56,134 nt of DNA from a virus (taxonomy: Duplodnaviria; Caudoviricetes): IMG/VR virus record IMGVR_UViG_3300042923_000318, positions 1 through 56,134 of that record, one strand, 5' to 3'. The position numbers and the translations under genes are program-made. Under the pieces are notes generated by a model that searched no databases, was not told the DNA's origin, and saw only the letters and a program-made list of their open reading frames with translations. This document shows, in pieces, positions 18,712 through 28,698 of this stretch (positions are counted from its first letter, which is position 1; each line of letters starts with the position of its first letter).

Positions 18712-19020
18712 GTGCAAAGTTTGAAAAAACTTGTTTTTAGAGGAAAAGAATTTGAAGCTTATAAAATAACCAAAAATGATAAATCTATCATTTTCTATGA
18801 TGAAAAAAATGTTGAAATTTACAGATTGCAGCCTTTATCACAGGATTTAACAGAATATGTTGTTTATGATGAAAATGAAAATGTTTGTTCATTTGATTGC
18901 AATGATTTTAATACTAATATAATAACTACCGGAACTGATGTAATGCGTTTAATATACGCAATAATGAAAGAAAATACAGAACTTAAAGAAAGAATTGAAA
19001 CTCTTGAAGGTGGTGTATAG
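18712..19020 (+). CDS. Putative tail fibre assembly protein
   Basis: Position; C-terminal coiled coil LKERIETLEG. Confidence 0.45.
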   Translation: MQSLKKLVFRGKEFEAYKITKNDKSIIFYDEKNVEIYRLQPLSQDLTEYVVYDENENVCSFDCNDFNTNIITTGTDVMRLIYAIMKENTELKERIETLEGGV

Positions 19021-19022
19021 TA

Positions 19023-19190
19023 ATGAGTTTAAAAGATTTATTTGACGAACTTATAGAAGAAGCCAAGAGCGACAAAGAAACTTTATTAGATATGCTTGAG
19101 GAGATAAAAAAAAGAAACGAGATAACCCCAGTGATTACTGATGAAGAATACAATAATATTAAAAGTAGAATTGAACAATTGCCAGAATAA
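19023..19190 (+). CDS. Small XkdX-like protein, 55 aa (not in ORF track)
   Basis: ITDEEYNNI motif; coupled between tail genes. Confidence 0.5.
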   Translation: MSLKDLFDELIEEAKSDKETLLDMLEEIKKRNEITPVITDEEYNNIKSRIEQLPE

Positions 19191-19204
19191 AGTGAGGTGA
19201 TAAT

Positions 19205-20278
19205 GTGGCAAAACGAGTAATTTTTACTGATAGAATAGTCCAATATCCAGAACGATACGGATTAACTGATTTGGGTGGTGGAACTTATGAAATTATAGAA
19301 GCTCCAGGAACAGTAACAAGCGACGGAACTGCATTTACGGCATCTGTTTTTAACGCTTTATCTGATGAAATAATATTTAAACTTAATGATACAAGCACAT
19401 CAACAACAGCTTATACATGTTCTATAGATAACTTTAGTGCATACTACGAGACTTTAACAATACTATTTAAACCAGCTAATACCAACACAGGAGCCTCTAC
19501 ACTTAATGTTAGTGGAGTAGGAGCAATTGCAATTAAAAAAGTAAATAACAGCGGTAATATTGTTGATATAGTAGCAAATGACTTAATCAAAAACAAATAT
19601 TCAACCATGACATACAACGGGACATATTTTATAATGAATAATCCTAGCGCAGATTTAGCGCAGTTAATAACAGATATGGACAGTTTAGAAACTAGACTAG
19701 ACACCGACGAAACCGTATTAAATGCCATCAAAAATGAAACTATTAAGTTTGCAGTATCGACAGGAACGGCAAATAATTATGCCGCAAATATAAGCAGTGT
19801 GGCTTCTTTATACGCAGGGTTAAGTATAAATCTAGTTATTAACGTCGCTAATACTGGCACATCTACATTAACCGTAAATTCTTTAGCCTCAAAAACTATA
19901 AAATTTAATGGTGTTAATGTTACCGCAGGAATGTTACCGCTAAATAAATTGTGTCATGTGATTTATAACGGTGTAGATTTTGAATTACAACCTACAGCAA
20001 ATCAATTAAGCGATTTACAAGCGGCTTTAAACATTCACAAAACATCATCCGATCATGACGGCAGATATTACACAGAAACCGAATTAGGAGCAACAACCAG
20101 CGGAAGTAGTGGCGCAACCAAAATCGGAGTAACAACAATATCCGGATTAACCGGCAATAATGTTCAAACATGTTTGCAAAATTTAAATGCAAACAAAAAT
20201 AACATTGTTGATGACACAACAGGCATTGAGTATAAGCTAGGAATAAATAACGGATTATTATATATAAAGGCGGTGTAA
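19205..20278 (+). CDS. Tail fibre protein with two tandem repeated domains
   Basis: Duplicated Y....I......Y..L.I.....ANT(N)TG.STL.V..YNG..F unit; HDGRYYTETE motif. Confidence 0.75.
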   Translation: MAKRVIFTDRIVQYPERYGLTDLGGGTYEIIEAPGTVTSDGTAFTASVFNALSDEIIFKLNDTSTSTTAYTCSIDNFSAYYETLTILFKPANTNTGASTLNVSGVGAIAIKKVNNSGNIVDIVANDLIKNKYSTMTYNGTYFIMNNPSADLAQLITDMDSLETRLDTDETVLNAIKNETIKFAVSTGTANNYAANISSVASLYAGLSINLVINVANTGTSTLTVNSLASKTIKFNGVNVTAGMLPLNKLCHVIYNGVDFELQPTANQLSDLQAALNIHKTSSDHDGRYYTETELGATTSGSSGATKIGVTTISGLTGNNVQTCLQNLNANKNNIVDDTTGIEYKLGINNGLLYIKAV

Positions 20279-20280
20279 AT

Positions 20281-20631
20281 ATGGCAGGAGAAATTTATAT
20301 TGCAGATAAAGCAACGCTAGATAAAGTCGGTAAAGCTGTTGCAATTGATGCTACATATGCAAATAATTTAGATACGACTACATCTGATGCTGCTACATTG
20401 ATAATAAATATAACAGGTAAATGTCAATTACTTGGTGCATATAATACAGATGGATCAGCGGAAAGAACTTTAAGTATTAGAATAGATGGAGCTACAAATA
20501 GAATCGGAGTTATGGTACCTACGCGAGGTTTTGTAAATTTAGCTGATTTTAATATTGTTGCAAACACATCGATGTATTTAAGCACCAATAGTAATACGGA
20601 TGTAAAAGTATTTTACAGATTATTACCATAA
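20281..20631 (+). CDS. Putative distal tail fibre/receptor-binding subunit
   Basis: IADKATLDKV N-terminus; follows fibre gene. Confidence 0.5.
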   Translation: MAGEIYIADKATLDKVGKAVAIDATYANNLDTTTSDAATLIINITGKCQLLGAYNTDGSAERTLSIRIDGATNRIGVMVPTRGFVNLADFNIVANTSMYLSTNSNTDVKVFYRLLP

Positions 20632-20642
20632 GAGGTGAAAAA

Positions 20643-20771
20643 ATGATATTAATGAAAGAATATATAAAAGATAATATGCTAATTAAAGAATATACCAAAG
20701 ATGGAATTAGCATAAGCCACATTGTAGAAATGCCATTAAATAAAGAAATTGAAGAAGAAAAAGAAGAATGA
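20643..20771 (+). CDS. Small protein, 42 aa (not in ORF track)
   Basis: AGAGGTG RBS; IKEYTKDG.SISHIV. Confidence 0.45.
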   Translation: MILMKEYIKDNMLIKEYTKDGISISHIVEMPLNKEIEEEKEE

Positions 20772-20797
20772 TTTAAAGGGCGGTTAATCCGCTCTTT

Positions 20798-20827
20798 TGT
20801 ACGTTATTACTTAAAAAATGTTATAAT
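20798..20827 (+). promoter_or_regulatory. Operator TGTACGTTATTACTT plus extended -10 promoter of the ComEA-like/lysis unit
   Basis: Exact 15-mer at 20798; TGTTATAAT at 20819. Confidence 0.65.
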
Positions 20828-20869
20828 AATTATATACATTAAAGCTATATCTTATCGGAGGGAGGTGGC

Positions 20870-21202
20870 TTGGTGTGGAATAAAATTGAAAGAAATAAAA
20901 GTTCTACATTTGTATTGTTAATAGCTTTAATAGCTTTATCGGCAGGCTTTTTTATGGGTTCAACATTTGGTAATTATGTAAAAGTTGAGCAAAATGTAAA
21001 TGTAAATACGGACAGAGAAAAAACTAAGATAAATCTAAATGATGCCACTGAAAAAGAATTAATGACACTGCCAGGAATTGGAGAGGTTAAAGCCAAAAAT
21101 ATTATAGATAGTAGACCTTTTAAAAGCACCACACAATTAAAAAATATCGTCGGAGATAAAATATATAATTCCATTCTAGATATGGTGGAGGTGAGTTATT
21201 GA
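20870..21202 (+). CDS. ComEA-like membrane-anchored helix-hairpin-helix DNA-binding protein
   Basis: N-terminal TM helix; KINLNDATEKELMTLPGIGEVKAKNII..RPFKS..L..VGDK. Confidence 0.85.
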   Translation: MVWNKIERNKSSTFVLLIALIALSAGFFMGSTFGNYVKVEQNVNVNTDREKTKINLNDATEKELMTLPGIGEVKAKNIIDSRPFKSTTQLKNIVGDKIYNSILDMVEVSY

Positions 21203-21203
21203 A

Positions 21204-21482
21204 ATGCCTTACGAATTACTAACAAATGTTTCTGCTGCCGTTGCAATGATGATATTATTAGGGTTTTTGATGAAAAATTATGTAGATAGCAGGAACAAGG
21301 AACAGGAAAATTTTCAAAAATTAGTTACAGAGGTTAGAACAGAAAGCAAAGAAAGAGAAGATAAATTAATAAACCAACTGGATAAATATAATACAAGCTT
21401 GCAAGAAATATCTCAAAACATGAAAGTTATTCCAGAAATGAAAAAAGATATAGAATTTTTAAAAGAAAAGGTTATAAAATAA
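21204..21482 (+). CDS. Holin (BhlA/UviB-like)
   Basis: Single N-terminal TM, ESKEREDKL coiled coil, directly before endolysin. Confidence 0.7.
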   Translation: MPYELLTNVSAAVAMMILLGFLMKNYVDSRNKEQENFQKLVTEVRTESKEREDKLINQLDKYNTSLQEISQNMKVIPEMKKDIEFLKEKVIK

Positions 21483-21504
21483 TTTTAAAATCGGAGGTAG
21501 CTTA

Positions 21505-22161
21505 ATGAAAATAGCGGTTGATATAGGGCATAACTGTCCGTACGATGGCGGAGCAGTTGGAATAGGAAATGAAAATGATTTGAATAAAGCTGTAGGAGAT
21601 AATTTTATAAAGTATTTAAAGCAACTAGGGCACGCTGTAACTGATTGCCTACCGTATGGTGTTACAAGTTTGCAAGACAGTCTCTACAAGCGCATAACTG
21701 TTGCTAATAGGGATAATGTAGATTTATATGTTTCTATTCACTTTAACGCTGGCGGAGGTAGAGGAACGGAAGTTTTTGCAATATCTCAAACAGGTAAAAA
21801 CTATGCTCAAAAAGTTGTTAACGAGATAGCATCGCTTGGCTTTACTAACAGAGGCGTAAAAGACGGTTCAAGTCTTTATGTTCTAAAAAATACAAATGCG
21901 CCAGCTATATTAGTCGAATGTGCTTTTGTAGATTCTGCGGAAGATATGCAAAAGGTAAAAGATATTGGACCAGATGCAATTGCAAGAGCAATCGTAAAAG
22001 GAATAACGGGGCAAGAAATAAAGTCAGATGAATATCACGGTTTAATGTATAGAGTTCATGTACAAAATATCGGTTGGCAAGAATGGAAAAAGCTTGGCGA
22101 AACTGCCGGAACAATTGGAGAAAGCTTGAGAATTGAAGCATTAGAGATTAAGGAGGTATAG
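21505..22161 (+). CDS. Endolysin: N-acetylmuramoyl-L-alanine amidase (Amidase_3) with one ChW repeat
   Basis: DIGH..E..SIHFNA..PAILVECAFVD; C-terminal YRVHVQNIGWQEW..AGT.G..LRIEALEI. Confidence 0.92.
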   Translation: MKIAVDIGHNCPYDGGAVGIGNENDLNKAVGDNFIKYLKQLGHAVTDCLPYGVTSLQDSLYKRITVANRDNVDLYVSIHFNAGGGRGTEVFAISQTGKNYAQKVVNEIASLGFTNRGVKDGSSLYVLKNTNAPAILVECAFVDSAEDMQKVKDIGPDAIARAIVKGITGQEIKSDEYHGLMYRVHVQNIGWQEWKKLGETAGTIGESLRIEALEIKEV

Positions 22162-22162
22162 A

Positions 22163-22480
22163 ATGTTAAATTTCTTATGGGAGTATAGATTTGTAATAAT
22201 AATTATAGTTGCAGTAATTCTATATGCTATATTTAGTTGGCAAAACTTTAAGACTAAAGCTTATGCGTTAATGCTACAGGCTAAAAGCTTGGCTAAGGAT
22301 GCAATATTAAAAAGCGGAGATCAACAAGCAGAGTGGGTTGTAAAAAAAGCTTACAATATGCTGCCTATAGGTTGGCAATTGTTTATTACAGAGGACAGAT
22401 TAAGAAAAATAATTTATTATCTATATCATAAGGCAAAAGACTATTTAGACGACGGCAAAATAAATAATAGTATAAAATAA
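22163..22480 (+). CDS. Second holin-like membrane protein
   Basis: N-terminal TM; ends DYLDDGKINNS; follows endolysin. Confidence 0.6.
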   Translation: MLNFLWEYRFVIIIIVAVILYAIFSWQNFKTKAYALMLQAKSLAKDAILKSGDQQAEWVVKKAYNMLPIGWQLFITEDRLRKIIYYLYHKAKDYLDDGKINNSIK

Positions 22481-22485
22481 TAATA

Positions 22486-22520
22486 AACAAGCTATGCATA
22501 TTTTTTATGTATAGCTTGTT
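22486..22520. terminator. Bidirectional terminator between lysis and integrase genes
   Basis: 15-bp stem AACAAGCTATGCATA/TATGTATAGCTTGTT. Confidence 0.75.
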
Positions 22521-22583
22521 GTTTTATATATGTCGGTTGTCCTACGTAGTTTAAAGAGCAAAAATAAAAAGGGTTAAACCCCT

Positions 22584-24188
22584 TTATAATCTTGGATGCA
22601 CATCTAATGTTTCACCGTCCCAATATATCACTTCGACTAATTCATTTACAATTCTTTTCTTTTCAGTCATAGTCAAAGATTGAAAGTTATTAATTAAATA
22701 TTTAGTGGTATTATTAAATATTTCAAAGTTCATAGTTTTAATTACAGTATCATTTTTATCACTTTTTAAAAGTGTTATCTTTTTATTTAGCTCTTTTATT
22801 TCTTCATCTAACTTTTCTATTTTCTGGACTATATATTTACTAGCTGTAGAATTTTCAGCATCAATAAGTTTTTCGGTTAATTTCCCGATATCCTTAGATA
22901 ATTTTTCTATTTGAGATTGAAAGTTTTTTATATCTTTCTCTATATTATCGCTATCAAGCAATTGTTTATTCTGCTGAAATAATTCTCTTGCCCCTTCTTG
23001 ATCATAATAAGTTCTTTTAAATTGCTCTATAAACAATTTATCTGCTTGAGTCCCTGCTATATTTTTAATGTTGCAGCCTTTGCCTTTTGTTAATATTTTG
23101 TTAGAACATCTATAATAATGATTTTTTCTTACACCGCCGTTATAATCAGCGGTAACAGAAAAAAATCCACCACAATTGCTACATCTTATAAGTCCGCTTA
23201 GCAATGCATCCATAGCCTGCCCTTGTCTTGGAAACTTGTCTGCATTTCTTAAAAATCGTTCTTGTACATCAATCCACTTTTCAGATTCTACGCAATATGG
23301 GTGCCTGCCTATTGCAACAATCCATTCGCTAGTATCTTTAGCAACATATTTCTTTTTAGATTGATCCTGCTTGTTATAACACATAACACCATACTCGCTA
23401 TTATCTCTAAATTCTTCAACAGAGTTACAAATTTGCATATTATTTTTCTTTGCATAATTATAAAAATTTATGTCAGCTTTACAATAAAAAGGATTTGCAA
23501 GCATTCTCCTTATAGAGTTTATATGAAAATATTTATTATCTTCATTTTTTATATTATTATCAACAAGGTATTTTGTAACTGCATTTAAACTATTGAAAGT
23601 TATATATTTATCAAACATAATTTTTAATTTATCTATTTGTGCATTGTCTATATCTAAATAGCAATCTTTCCCTATACCTATTTTTTTATATCCAAAAGGA
23701 GTATTTCCACCTAACCATTTTCCGCTTTTAGAAAGTTCAAGCATGTTATCTCTAACTCTTTCCGCTATAGTTTCTCTTTCTAATTGTGCAAATACACCAG
23801 CAATATACAACATAGCTCTACCCATTGGTGAAGTGGTGTCAAATTGCTCTCTTATAGATATAAATTCTATATTATAATCTTGTAAATCTTCAATTATTTT
23901 AGCAAAGTCGCCTATATTTCTGCTTATTCTATCTAATCTATAGCAGAGAATTATATTAAACATTTTATTTTTTGCATCCTTCATCATTTTAGAAAAGTTA
24001 GGGCGGTCAATATTGCCGCCGCTAAATCCTTCATCCTCATAAACAAAGATATCGTTTACTTTTTTATAGTTTTTATGTATGTATTCTTTACACATTTGAA
24101 CTTGGTTTTCTACGCTATCTGAATTCTCTATGTATCTGCTTTTGCGACTATATATCGCTATGTTTAAATTATCCATAATTTTCACCAT
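22584..24188 (-). CDS. Large serine recombinase (integrase)
   Basis: IAIYSRKS, DEGFSG..RP, YRLDRISR, FAQLERETIAER, zinc ribbon C..C..YYRC..C, coiled coil. Confidence 0.95.
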   Translation of the reverse strand: MVKIMDNLNIAIYSRKSRYIENSDSVENQVQMCKEYIHKNYKKVNDIFVYEDEGFSGGNIDRPNFSKMMKDAKNKMFNIILCYRLDRISRNIGDFAKIIEDLQDYNIEFISIREQFDTTSPMGRAMLYIAGVFAQLERETIAERVRDNMLELSKSGKWLGGNTPFGYKKIGIGKDCYLDIDNAQIDKLKIMFDKYITFNSLNAVTKYLVDNNIKNEDNKYFHINSIRRMLANPFYCKADINFYNYAKKNNMQICNSVEEFRDNSEYGVMCYNKQDQSKKKYVAKDTSEWIVAIGRHPYCVESEKWIDVQERFLRNADKFPRQGQAMDALLSGLIRCSNCGGFFSVTADYNGGVRKNHYYRCSNKILTKGKGCNIKNIAGTQADKLFIEQFKRTYYDQEGARELFQQNKQLLDSDNIEKDIKNFQSQIEKLSKDIGKLTEKLIDAENSTASKYIVQKIEKLDEEIKELNKKITLLKSDKNDTVIKTMNFEIFNNTTKYLINNFQSLTMTEKKRIVNELVEVIYWDGETLDVHPRL

Positions 24189-24335
24189 TTTCTGAACAGA
24201 CTTTGATTAACTTTTCAATTTCTTTCTCATTAAGATAGACAAATTCCCCATTGACTCTGATTGCTAGAACCCCTTTCATTTTGTCGTTTTCTTTGCTGCT
24301 TGTACCTTTTTGTACGGACATAAAAACACCCCCGC

Positions 24336-24785
24336 TTATTTGTCTTTGTCATTCTTTTTATCCTCTTGTGCATTTGGTAAAAATTTAGATGTTAGTATTT
24401 TTTTAAGCTCTTCATGTTCTTTTATAATAGCGTACATTTGTTCGTATGTCAATCCATTTGGAAAGACATGTTTCGATAGAAAAATATCATAAATGATTCC
24501 ATTTTTCTCTATATTATTCATTAAAACGTCGTCAGAATCTTGCAATTCGGTTTCTCCAAATAACCACGATATAGGCACATTTAAAGCTGCTGCTATTTCG
24601 GCTGATTTCTCCATGCTTGGGAACGCTTTCCCAGTCTCTATATCGGATAAAAATGAAGCACTTACTCCGCTTTGATCTCCAAGTTGTCTTAAGCTCAATT
24701 TTAACTCTTTCCTTCTGCTTTTAATTCTTTCTCCAATTTCTTTAAACATATCTTTTACTCCCTTATTATTATAATTTTTGTTCAT
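24336..24785 (-). CDS. CI-like Xre HTH repressor
   Basis: IGERIKSRRKELKLSLRQLG..SASFLSDIETGK..IAAALNV..WLFG; divergent from cro. Confidence 0.85.
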   Translation of the reverse strand: MNKNYNNKGVKDMFKEIGERIKSRRKELKLSLRQLGDQSGVSASFLSDIETGKAFPSMEKSAEIAAALNVPISWLFGETELQDSDDVLMNNIEKNGIIYDIFLSKHVFPNGLTYEQMYAIIKEHEELKKILTSKFLPNAQEDKKNDKDK

Positions 24786-24994
24786 ATATATTTTCTCAAT
24801 ATATTTATTATGTCAGTTTCTGCAAAATTTATTCAGTTGTAACTTACATTTTTTATTATACACATAACAAATGTAATGTACAAGCGTAACTTTGTGCAAA
24901 ATTGATTGACATAGAGCATTAGAGGAATAGTTCTCTCTCATGCTCTCTCATGCTCCTATTTGCTATTATTTACTAAAATATAAGAGTTGTAAAT

Positions 24995-25006
24995 TGTACG
25001 CTATAG
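24995..25006 (+). promoter_or_regulatory. Operator variant TGTACGCTATAG in the cI/cro switch
   Basis: Same 12-mer at 28431; related at 37919. Confidence 0.6.
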
Positions 25007-25071
25007 GTTTACAATTAAAACATGTTAAACATTAAATGTAAATCAACAGCAAACAAAAAGGAGGTATAAAA

Positions 25072-25305
25072 ATGAGCTTTGGCTTAGTGTTAAAACTAGC
25101 AAGAACTAAAGAAAAAATGTCTCAAGGTAAAGCTGCAGAAAAGTTAGGAATAACTAGATCATACTTGAGCAGTGTAGAAGCAGACAGGGGAACACCTTCA
25201 TTTGAGACGGTTGTAAAGATGGATAAATTATTTCCTCGTAACAATCTAATCGAAGAATACACAAAATTAATTAGAGAGAAGGGAGAAAATGAAAGTAAAA
25301 TTTAG
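25072..25305 (+). CDS. Cro-like HTH protein
   Basis: MSQGKAAEKLGITRSYLSSVEADRGTPSFET. Confidence 0.85.
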   Translation: MSFGLVLKLARTKEKMSQGKAAEKLGITRSYLSSVEADRGTPSFETVVKMDKLFPRNNLIEEYTKLIREKGENESKI

Positions 25306-25600
25306 TGGCAACTGGGGCAAAAATAGTAATGTAAGCAAATCTTTTACTGCTCTTATGTTCGATATTACATTACAAAATGTACTAAAAGCGGACAATCAGA
25401 AAAATAAGAAAGTTAATTAAGGGAGGCTTAAAGTGGCAAATTTAAAAGAAATTTTGCAAGACTTAAACTCTAAAATTAAACAATTAAACATTATAGGATA
25501 TAACATATTTGACGAACAGCAACAAAAATATTTCATTAACACTATAAGATATGATAGCGATTCAGATAAATTATTATGCGTATTTAAGGAGGATAAATAA

Positions 25601-26464
25601 ATGAGCGATTTAGTAAAAGCAAATAGCCAAAATAATGTTAAAAGCTTACTAGCAAATGTAGGTTACAAGAAAAGATTTGAAGAAATACTTGGCAAGAAAG
25701 CTGCAGGTTTTATGAGTTCTTTGATTAATCTTACAAACTCTGACGTTAACCTTTCAAAAGCTGATGCAAACAGCGTAATAGCATCCGCAGTAGTTGCAGC
25801 AACATTGGATTTACCTGTTGACAAAAATCTCGGATTCGCGTGGATATTGCCTTATGGTACTAGAGCACAGTTCCAATTAGGCTATAAAGGCTATATACAG
25901 TTAGCTTTAAGAACAGGTCAATATAAAAATATCAACGTAATTGAGATTTACAAAGGTCAATTAATAGACTTTAATCCACTTACAGAAGAATTAAAACTTG
26001 ATTTTTCTAAGAAGGAAAGTAACGAAGTAATAGGGTATGCAGCTTACATTAAACTTGTTAATGGATTTGAGAAAACTGCATATAAGCCTAAAGAAGATGT
26101 AACAGCTCATGCTAAAAGATTTTCTAAAACTTTTAACAATGGTCCATGGAAAACTGATTTTGACGCAATGGCTAAAAAAACAGTGTTAAAAAATACTTTA
26201 AGTAAGTGGGGAATACTTAGTATAGAAATGCAAACAGCAATTCAAGCGGATCAAGCAGTTATTAAAAACGAGGTTGCAGAGGGCGCAGAAGTAAGCGCAG
26301 AAACCATTGAATACGCTGACGGAATTAAAGATGCTGATTACACTCCAGTTACCACTGAACCAGTAAAAACCAAACTAGATGATAAGTTTAAAAAAGCAGA
26401 GGAATCAGAAAAGCAAAGCGAAAATATCTACGAAGGGACACCTTTTGACGAGGGGGAAAATTAA
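25601..26464 (+). CDS. recT: RecT-family single-strand annealing recombinase
   Basis: AATLDLP..LGFAWILPY..AQFQLGYKGYIQLALRTGQY..DFDAMAKKTV. Confidence 0.92.
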   Translation: MSDLVKANSQNNVKSLLANVGYKKRFEEILGKKAAGFMSSLINLTNSDVNLSKADANSVIASAVVAATLDLPVDKNLGFAWILPYGTRAQFQLGYKGYIQLALRTGQYKNINVIEIYKGQLIDFNPLTEELKLDFSKKESNEVIGYAAYIKLVNGFEKTAYKPKEDVTAHAKRFSKTFNNGPWKTDFDAMAKKTVLKNTLSKWGILSIEMQTAIQADQAVIKNEVAEGAEVSAETIEYADGIKDADYTPVTTEPVKTKLDDKFKKAEESEKQSENIYEGTPFDEGEN

Positions 26465-27255
26465 TGAGTGAACTTTTAAAACTCACGGATGATAATTACT
26501 TTAGTCTTGAAATGGAAAATGAATATATGGGCGTTTCTCAATTTAAAGCTTTTAGAGAATGTGAAGCTAAGAAAATGGCAGAACTTAAAGGATTGTGGAA
26601 GGATAAAGAAAGTACCGCATTATTAGTCGGTTCATATGTTCACTCACACTTTGAAGGTGCTATTGATAAATTTAAGCAAGAAAACCCTGCGATATTTACA
26701 AATAAAGGTGAACTTAGAGCAGATTACAAAGAAGCGAATGAAATGATTAACTGCTTAGAAAGTGACGAATCATTCCAACAAATTTACACTGGAGAAGTAG
26801 AGCAAATATTTACTGCTGAATTATTTGGCGCAAAGTGGAAAATAAAAGTAGATTGCTTAAACCTTGCAGAAAGTTATTTTGTAGATTTAAAGACCACTAG
26901 AGGTTTTGAAAGACAATGGGCAGAGATAGACGGTAAAAATGTAAAAGTAACATTTGTTGAGGCTTGGGGTTATTTAATCCAGGTAGGCGTATATAAAAAA
27001 ATATTAGAACTTGCAACGGGAAATAAAGATTTAGAAGCTTTCATAATAGCAGTAACCAAGCAATCCCCACCCGACAAGATGGTGCTGCGATTTAATCCAG
27101 AAGACTACGAAATTGGCTTAAAGGTTGCAGAGGACAATATTGCACACATTCTAGATGTTAAAAGTGGTAAGGTGACGCCAGTCCGATGTGAGAAATGCGA
27201 CTATTGCAGAGCTACTAAGAAGCTGGATAGAGCTTATCACTATTCAGAATTATAA
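26464..27255 (+). CDS. PD-(D/E)XK exonuclease (RecE/DUF3799-like)
   Basis: YMGVSQFK..ALLVGSYVH..KIKVD..VDLKT..Y.IQ..Y..CEKCDYC. Confidence 0.85.
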   Translation: MSELLKLTDDNYFSLEMENEYMGVSQFKAFRECEAKKMAELKGLWKDKESTALLVGSYVHSHFEGAIDKFKQENPAIFTNKGELRADYKEANEMINCLESDESFQQIYTGEVEQIFTAELFGAKWKIKVDCLNLAESYFVDLKTTRGFERQWAEIDGKNVKVTFVEAWGYLIQVGVYKKILELATGNKDLEAFIIAVTKQSPPDKMVLRFNPEDYEIGLKVAEDNIAHILDVKSGKVTPVRCEKCDYCRATKKLDRAYHYSEL

Positions 27256-27296
27256 AAAATGTGAAATAATTTTGAATTAATTAAGGAGGTTTTTGA

Positions 27297-27479
27297 ATGC
27301 AAAAATTATATTGTTTTGCAATAGAAGAAATAAAAGAATTAAAAAGTCTAATAGGAATTGCCAACCATGACAGTTCAGTTATTGAGCAAAATATCAATAA
27401 CCCTAAATGCATAGAAAAATGCACAGAAAATATCAGCACAGCCGCAATCAAAGCATTAGAACTTTTAGAAGGTAAATAA
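27297..27479 (+). CDS. Hypothetical protein
   Basis: AAGGAGG RBS. Confidence 0.55.
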   Translation: MQKLYCFAIEEIKELKSLIGIANHDSSVIEQNINNPKCIEKCTENISTAAIKALELLEGK

Positions 27480-27591
27480 GATGACAGGAGAAAGATTATG
27501 AGATTAGTTTGCGTAGGTAAAATCACAAAGGGCGTTAAAGAAATTTCTTACGCCCCTATGTTCGGAATATCTGAACAAAACAAAAAGGAAG

Positions 27592-27906
27592 GTGAGAAGT
27601 TTGTTAATAAAAAGCTTACAAGGTAAGTTATTCAAGGTAGATCATGCAGAGCTTTACATTAAGCCGTTTTTTAAAGATCGAATTGCAAATGAATATTCTA
27701 TATGCAGCAATGAGGGAAATGTTGAGATTATAATTGTAACTTACTCCGACAAAGAAATAGCTAAACACATGCTTAAGCTGCTTGATTTATACAAAAAGCA
27801 TCCTTGTGAAGTTAATGTTTTGTCGGAAACTACAATCGCACGTGATTTATGGTTAATTGCTTGTAGTAGATATAAAACCGCATGTGAAAAGAAGGGGATA
27901 AAGTAA
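27592..27906 (+). CDS. Hypothetical protein
   Basis: ORF in early operon. Confidence 0.5.
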   Translation: MRSLLIKSLQGKLFKVDHAELYIKPFFKDRIANEYSICSNEGNVEIIIVTYSDKEIAKHMLKLLDLYKKHPCEVNVLSETTIARDLWLIACSRYKTACEKKGIK

Positions 27907-28127
27907 TGGTTGGGAATAGAATACCCTTTAACGATGTTTTAAATCTCCAGGACGACACTTTAGTATACTTGCTAGGGGATACGTCCCCTTTAAGATATAT
28001 CGAGCATGTAGAGGGCAAAATAACGCTTCATAGGCTTTGCAGTGATGACAGAATATTTTTTAATAAAACTACAGAAAAATTATTAAATCTAAAAATATAT
28101 GAGTGGAAAGTGGAGGGATTAAATTGA
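27906..28127 (+). CDS. Hypothetical protein
   Basis: Translationally coupled ORF. Confidence 0.55.
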   Translation: MVGNRIPFNDVLNLQDDTLVYLLGDTSPLRYIEHVEGKITLHRLCSDDRIFFNKTTEKLLNLKIYEWKVEGLN

Positions 28128-28372
28128 AAAATGAAATGGTTCAGGAAAGAGTTATAGAGGTTGCTAAATTTACAGTACTAACTAACAGCACCATAAGAGC
28201 TACTGCAAAAATGTTCGGGGTTAGTAAGAGCACCATAGGTATGGATTTAAGCAAGAGAATAAATATCTTGAATCCAAAGCTTGCAGAGGAAGTTAAAAAA
28301 GTTTTAGATAATAACTTTAGTGAGAAGCATGTTAGAGGCGGCAATGCCACAAGGTTAAAATACAAAAGTTAG
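28124..28372 (+). CDS. spoIIID: SpoIIID homologue (sporulation transcription regulator)
   Basis: ERVIEVA..STIRATAKMFGVSKSTI..DL..R...NPKLAEEVKKVLD.N..EKHVRGGNATRLKY. Confidence 0.9.
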   Translation: MKNEMVQERVIEVAKFTVLTNSTIRATAKMFGVSKSTIGMDLSKRINILNPKLAEEVKKVLDNNFSEKHVRGGNATRLKYKS

Positions 28373-28540
28373 GAAGTGAAAATTGGAGCGTAAAAGTAAA
28401 ATCTCAAAAGGCAATTTTTTTTACCCATGTTGTACGCTATAGCTTAAATATTTAATAAAAAGTGTAGCAAAATGTTAAGTTATAGCGTATAATAAAAGTA
28501 TAACTAAGTAAGTAATTTAATTAATAAGTGAGGTGATAAA

Positions 28541-28681
28541 GTGAAAACTTTCCCTTTGTACTTTGAAGATAAAGAACATGAAGAAATAAAGAAAGCAGCT
28601 GAAAAGGCTGATAAAACTATAAAAGATTTTATATTCGAAGCAATAAAAGAAAAAATCGCAAATGAAAGAAAGGCGGTGTAA
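28541..28681 (+). CDS. Ribbon-helix-helix regulator, 46 aa (not in ORF track)
   Basis: GAGGTG RBS; MKTFPLYFEDKEHEEIKKAAEKADKTIKDFIFEAIKEKI. Confidence 0.7.
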   Translation: MKTFPLYFEDKEHEEIKKAAEKADKTIKDFIFEAIKEKIANERKAV

Positions 28682-28698
28682 TTTAGGGAGGAAGGCAG

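Noticed and set aside
19205-20631. Diversity-generating retroelement or invertible tail-fibre shufflon
   Set aside because: No reverse transcriptase, no TR/VR pair, no small invertase or inverted fibre copies seen
22521-22583. attP site
   Set aside because: Position between lysis genes and integrase is plausible but no convincing dyad or host match can be established from this window
24933-24955. CTCTCTCATG tandem repeat in the cI/cro interval
   Set aside because: Two copies only, no recurrence noticed elsewhere; probably slippage
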